19,417 bases of DNA, from UHGV virus genome UHGV-1532611; one strand, written 5' to 3'. A program made the translations under genes and the position numbers. This stretch comes from a virus. This document shows positions 15,992 to 19,417 of this stretch, one piece after another (within the stretch, counting starts at the first letter, position 1; the number at the start of each line of letters is the position of its first letter). The notes below the pieces were generated by a model, which saw only the letters and a list, made by a program, of their open reading frames with translations, had not been told where the DNA came from and did not search any database.

Positions 15992-16309
15992 ATGAACATT
16001 CACGATTTTGATACTTACAGATTAGACGAACTTGCCGACATCTACGTTAACGAGATTAATCCCGAGTCAATGACTGTTCCTTACGGTTGCGAACACATCA
16101 AAGATAAGCGAATTAAAAAATATCTGTTCAACGATAAGAACGTTTTTATTGTTTCAACACAGAAGAAAAAACCTAATTGTCATTTCAAATTAGGACAGAC
16201 AGTTCGACTGCAAGGTCCATTTTTTGAGACCGAAGCGAAGAACTTAGGAATGATTGAATATATCCACAAAGGTTTCAGAATGTACGGATATTTCTTTCAA
16301 TGGAAATAA
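15992..16309 (+). CDS. Hypothetical small protein (moron-like unit)
   Basis: 105 aa with a strong SD (aaaaggaga, 15977-15985). A promoter-like motif lies upstream (15967-15976) and a terminator hairpin immediately downstream (16311-16336). Contains two Cys and several His. Confidence 0.65.
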   Translation: MNIHDFDTYRLDELADIYVNEINPESMTVPYGCEHIKDKRIKKYLFNDKNVFIVSTQKKKPNCHFKLGQTVRLQGPFFETEAKNLGMIEYIHKGFRMYGYFFQWK

Positions 16310-16310
16310 C

Positions 16311-16336
16311 AAAAGGGAGCCTCGCGCTCCCTTTTT
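16311..16336 (+). terminator. Intrinsic terminator after the 105-aa gene
   Basis: gggagc-ctcgc-gctccc stem-loop flanked by aaaa upstream and ttttt downstream. Confidence 0.7.
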
Positions 16337-16348
16337 CATAAATAAAAG
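16337..16348 (+). promoter_or_regulatory. Promoter-like motif cataaataaaag upstream of the G-like chaperone gene
   Basis: Directly after the 16311-16336 terminator, 24 nt before ATG 16373. Confidence 0.3.
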
Positions 16349-16372
16349 AAAACTCAACAAAGGGAAACAAAA

Positions 16373-16681
16373 ATGAATTTCGATGAAATGTTAGCAAGTC
16401 TTTCGCCTTCTCGCGAACCAGTAGAAATCAACGGCTTTAAATTCTATGCTCGTCCTATGACCGTATCTGAATTCGGTGAATTCTATTTCAAAAATGAAAA
16501 CACAGAAGAACGTAACGACCGAATGATTCTGAATTGTATTCAACACGAAGACGGAACTCCTGTTTTTAAAGAAATCGCTCAAGTTCAGAAACTTTATACC
16601 ACTGTTCGTTCAACTCTTGCTAGTGCTGTTTCTACTGCCAGTATTCTCAGTAAGAAATCAGACGTTCTGGAAAAGAACTAA
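16373..16681 (+). CDS. Tail assembly chaperone (gpG-like)
   Basis: 102 aa immediately upstream of the tape measure gene. EINGFKFYARPMTVSEF resembles gpG FEHNGVTVTLSELSALQ. Its 3' end overlaps an open -1 frame (the T-like frame). Confidence 0.6.
   Translation: MNFDEMLASLSPSREPVEINGFKFYARPMTVSEFGEFYFKNENTEERNDRMILNCIQHEDGTPVFKEIAQVQKLYTTVRSTLASAVSTASILSKKSDVLEKN
16669..16675 (+). other. Candidate -1 ribosomal frameshift site (G GAA AAG) for a G-T fusion
   Basis: GGAAAAG lies in the G-frame 2 codons before the G stop, inside the G/T overlap. It differs by one base from the lambda G-T slippery site G GGA AAG; the A-site AAG to AAA slip is canonical. Confidence 0.35.
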
Positions 16682-16716
16682 GACAGAACTGGGCTAAATC
16701 ATTTCAGTATAGAACA

Positions 16717-17079
16717 ATGCTACGTCGCGGATTATCTAACGATGAAATTCAACAGATGTCCGTGATGATGTATTACGAACTATGGTTTTTCGACTCGTTT
16801 ATTGAACCTCAAGGTCCTGTCTATAACGATTTCTATCAAGCACGTTTGGTCCACACTATCGAAGCTAATAATCCTAATCTTACAAAAGAATATAGGAAAA
16901 AGCTCAACATGAAAGATCACCTGCTTATTAAAGATTCTGTGTTTAAGTCTCAAGAGGAAATCGAAAAAGAGAAAGAGCAACAGGAGCTTAAACGCAAGAA
17001 AGCTGTTGAATCGATGTTCGACCCTGCTCTGTTAGACAAAGTTAGACTGAAACAACAAAAAAAGGTGAATAATGGCTAA
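16717..17079 (+). CDS. Tail assembly chaperone T-like segment, probably made as a G-T fusion by -1 frameshift
   Basis: The frame is open from 16624 and overlaps the 3' end of the G-like ORF in the -1 frame. ATG 16717 has no SD. Stop overlaps the tape measure start. Coordinates are those of the ATG-initiated ORF; the fusion product would begin at 16373. Confidence 0.5.
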   Translation: MLRRGLSNDEIQQMSVMMYYELWFFDSFIEPQGPVYNDFYQARLVHTIEANNPNLTKEYRKKLNMKDHLLIKDSVFKSQEEIEKEKEQQELKRKKAVESMFDPALLDKVRLKQQKKVNNG

Positions 17080-19417
17080 ATCACGTTATGACGTCGAGAT
17101 TAACGGAGATAACAAAGGCCTATCAATTTCTATTGACAAGTCCATGAAGAAACTGAATGAACTCGATTCAGTAGCTAATGGACTTTTTAGTAATATGACA
17201 GGACCGTTGAATAATCTCAACAACGGAATCTCAGGTATTGCAGGAATGTCCAAGGGTATGCAAGCTCTGGGGATTGCAGGAATGGCAGCAGGTGCAGGTG
17301 TAGCTGTTCTTAATACCGCGTTAGAAAAAACGAGAGAACTCAATCAACTCTCTACATCAACTGGTCTTTCAGTTGAATATCTGCAACAACTTAAAAATGA
17401 ATTTCGCGAAACAGGTATGGAGATTGACCGTTTCGGAGATTTAAACAAAGACACATTAGATAAACTTGGCGATTCATTCAGAGAAGGTCATGGCGGTATT
17501 GCAGACGACCTCAAAGAATGGGGTATTGGTCTTGAACAGTACACACAATACGTCAACGATGCCCAAGGCGGTATTAAAGCGCTTGTTCAGACTTATTATG
17601 ACCTGAAAGCTGCTGGTGCAAGTCAAGCTGAAATCGTGAACGGAATGGAGTCAATGGCTTCTGATGCTTCACATTTGATTTCAACTCTTGAAAAATACGG
17701 TTCAACTCAAGACGCATTAAACGCTATTAACAATCGTTCTGTTGATATCACAAACGAAACAGCAAAAGAATATAAAGAATTCGACGAAAACATGAAAACG
17801 TTAACCGTCAATCTGGATAATCTAACTGTTAACGTTATGAGTCCGTTAGTTAAGAAAATGAACGACCTGTTCGAAATTGCTAATAAAGATTGGACAGCAA
17901 GTAACTTTTTAGACTTCATGGGAACATTAAGCACGTTGCGTCCTGATGCTGCTCTTTCTGATTGGGCTGCCGAAGCGACTGTTAACAAAATGGGCGAATG
18001 GATGCCTAATGCGGGTTTTGCTAAACGTAGAAAAGCAATTGCAGATGAAGAAAAGTTTCAGAAAGATATTGCCGCAGCAAGAATCAAAGCTGATGAAAAT
18101 CTTCGTTTACAGCAAGCAAATGCTAAAACTGCCGCAGATCTGAAAAGAAAAAAAGATGCATTAGCTGCCGAAGACGCTAAGAAAGAAGCTGAAAAAGCTA
18201 AACGCGAAGCTGACAAAATAGCAAGAGAAGCTAAAGCTGCTTATGATAAGATGATGCAAGAGCGTCAGACAGCGTTACAGAATCTTTCCAGTCTTGATGC
18301 TGCAATTCTCAGTCAAGAAGGCAGAACTATTTCTAGTCAAGTCAGTAAAGTTAGAGAAGCTGTTGAAACAATCGACGAACTTGAAAAGAAAGGAATAATC
18401 AGCGCTACACAGGCAAATCAACGTCGTAAAATGCTTTTTGAGAATTCAAACAAAGAATTCAAACAAACTCTTATGGCAAGTCCTGAAGAAATCGGTGCTA
18501 TTACGTCGAGTCTTGAAATCGTATATCAACAACAACTTGAACAACTCGAAGCTAAGAAAGCCCAATCGCTTATCGGTCAGAAAGAATATAATTCTCAGTT
18601 AGAAGCTATTCAGAAAGACCATCAGCAACGTCTTGAAGCAATTAAAGCGACTGCTGGCGATGGTAATATGTCTAATCTTAAAAATCTTGATGCTATCGGT
18701 TTTGCAACTGATGAAGAAAAAATGGCTATTCAACAGAAAATGTTGGAAGAACAATTTCAGAAGATGCAAGAACAGAACCAAAAGCTATATGACGGACAAT
18801 TGATTTCTTATGAAGATTATCTCAAACAGAAACAGCGTCTTGAGCAAGCTTATGCGGTTAAATCGAAAGCAATTACTTTCACTGAGATTCAGACAAAACT
18901 CCAGATGTATAACGGTTTTGCTTCTGGTATGGGTGCAGTTATAGCCGGTATTTCTGGTGAAAACTCTAAAGCTGCTCAAGCAATGTTTGCAGTTGAAAAA
19001 GGAACAGCAATCGCAAGCGGTATGTTAAACGCTTATGAATCAGCAACTGCTTCAATGGCAAAATATCCTGGTCCTTTAGGTTACGCTCTGGCTGCTTCAA
19101 GTTATGCAAGAGTTATCGGACAAGTCATGCAGATGAAATCAGTGAATCTTACTGGTATGGCTCACGATGGTATTTCTAATGTTCCAAGAGAAGGGACATG
19201 GCTGCTTGATGGTGGCGAACGTGTCGTTGATGAAAGAACAAACGGCGACTTGAAAGACTTCTTAGATAATCAGAAAACAGGAGGCGAAACAAAAATCGAC
19301 GCAAGTATTCACGTTTCAGGGAATGTTACTGATCAGCGTTGGTTTGCTGAACAATTAAAACGTCAGCAACAGAACATCGCGGCTATTGTTCAAGACAGCA
19401 ACAGACGCAAGATGTAA
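17072..19417 (+). CDS. Tail tape measure protein
   Basis: 781 aa, largely helical and Ala/Gln/Lys/Glu-rich, with Gly/Ala-rich hydrophobic segments near both ends (GIAGMAAGAGVAVL; GMGAVIAGISG), directly after the G/T-like chaperone pair. Using the lambda rule of about 0.15 nm per residue this predicts a tail of roughly 115-120 nm. Confidence 0.8.
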   Translation: MAKSRYDVEINGDNKGLSISIDKSMKKLNELDSVANGLFSNMTGPLNNLNNGISGIAGMSKGMQALGIAGMAAGAGVAVLNTALEKTRELNQLSTSTGLSVEYLQQLKNEFRETGMEIDRFGDLNKDTLDKLGDSFREGHGGIADDLKEWGIGLEQYTQYVNDAQGGIKALVQTYYDLKAAGASQAEIVNGMESMASDASHLISTLEKYGSTQDALNAINNRSVDITNETAKEYKEFDENMKTLTVNLDNLTVNVMSPLVKKMNDLFEIANKDWTASNFLDFMGTLSTLRPDAALSDWAAEATVNKMGEWMPNAGFAKRRKAIADEEKFQKDIAAARIKADENLRLQQANAKTAADLKRKKDALAAEDAKKEAEKAKREADKIAREAKAAYDKMMQERQTALQNLSSLDAAILSQEGRTISSQVSKVREAVETIDELEKKGIISATQANQRRKMLFENSNKEFKQTLMASPEEIGAITSSLEIVYQQQLEQLEAKKAQSLIGQKEYNSQLEAIQKDHQQRLEAIKATAGDGNMSNLKNLDAIGFATDEEKMAIQQKMLEEQFQKMQEQNQKLYDGQLISYEDYLKQKQRLEQAYAVKSKAITFTEIQTKLQMYNGFASGMGAVIAGISGENSKAAQAMFAVEKGTAIASGMLNAYESATASMAKYPGPLGYALAASSYARVIGQVMQMKSVNLTGMAHDGISNVPREGTWLLDGGERVVDERTNGDLKDFLDNQKTGGETKIDASIHVSGNVTDQRWFAEQLKRQQQNIAAIVQDSNRRKM

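Noticed and set aside
1-19417. tRNA genes, CRISPR arrays, integrase / transposase or attachment sites
   Set aside because: No intergenic gap is long enough for a tRNA, no cloverleaf-like or repeat-spacer structure was seen, and no recombinase-like ORF is present; the window is entirely a late structural module. This rests on visual inspection only; tRNAscan-SE or ARAGORN and a CRISPR finder would confirm it.

Overview
This window looks like most of the late (virion structure) module of a tailed, siphovirus-type phage with lambda-like morphogenesis genes. All convincing genes are on the + strand and tightly packed, with several overlapping stop/start junctions (ATGA, TAATG). In order: a large-terminase C-terminal region (GpA-like), a W-position protein, a lambda-family portal, a single ORF fusing prohead protease, acidic scaffold and major capsid protein, a small connector-position protein, a U-like tail terminator, a V-like tail tube protein, a 1027-aa tail fiber with a C-terminal S74-type intramolecular chaperone, a second tail-tube paralog, a K-like NlpC/P60 protein, a 1229-aa I/J-like tip protein, a five-gene block of small proteins that includes a T4 endonuclease VII homolog, then tail chaperones (G and T-like) and a 781-aa tape measure protein. 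The most interesting points are the five-gene accessory block inside the tail cluster, the endonuclease VII homolog that appears to lack its zinc site, a recurrent intergenic motif cTAAATAaAg that may be a phage promoter, a possible nested start inside the capsid fusion gene, and a tail gene order that differs from lambda. No tRNA, rRNA, CRISPR array or integrase/transposase was seen. All homology statements come from reading the translations and from remembered family motifs; no database search was run, so functional calls are provisional.
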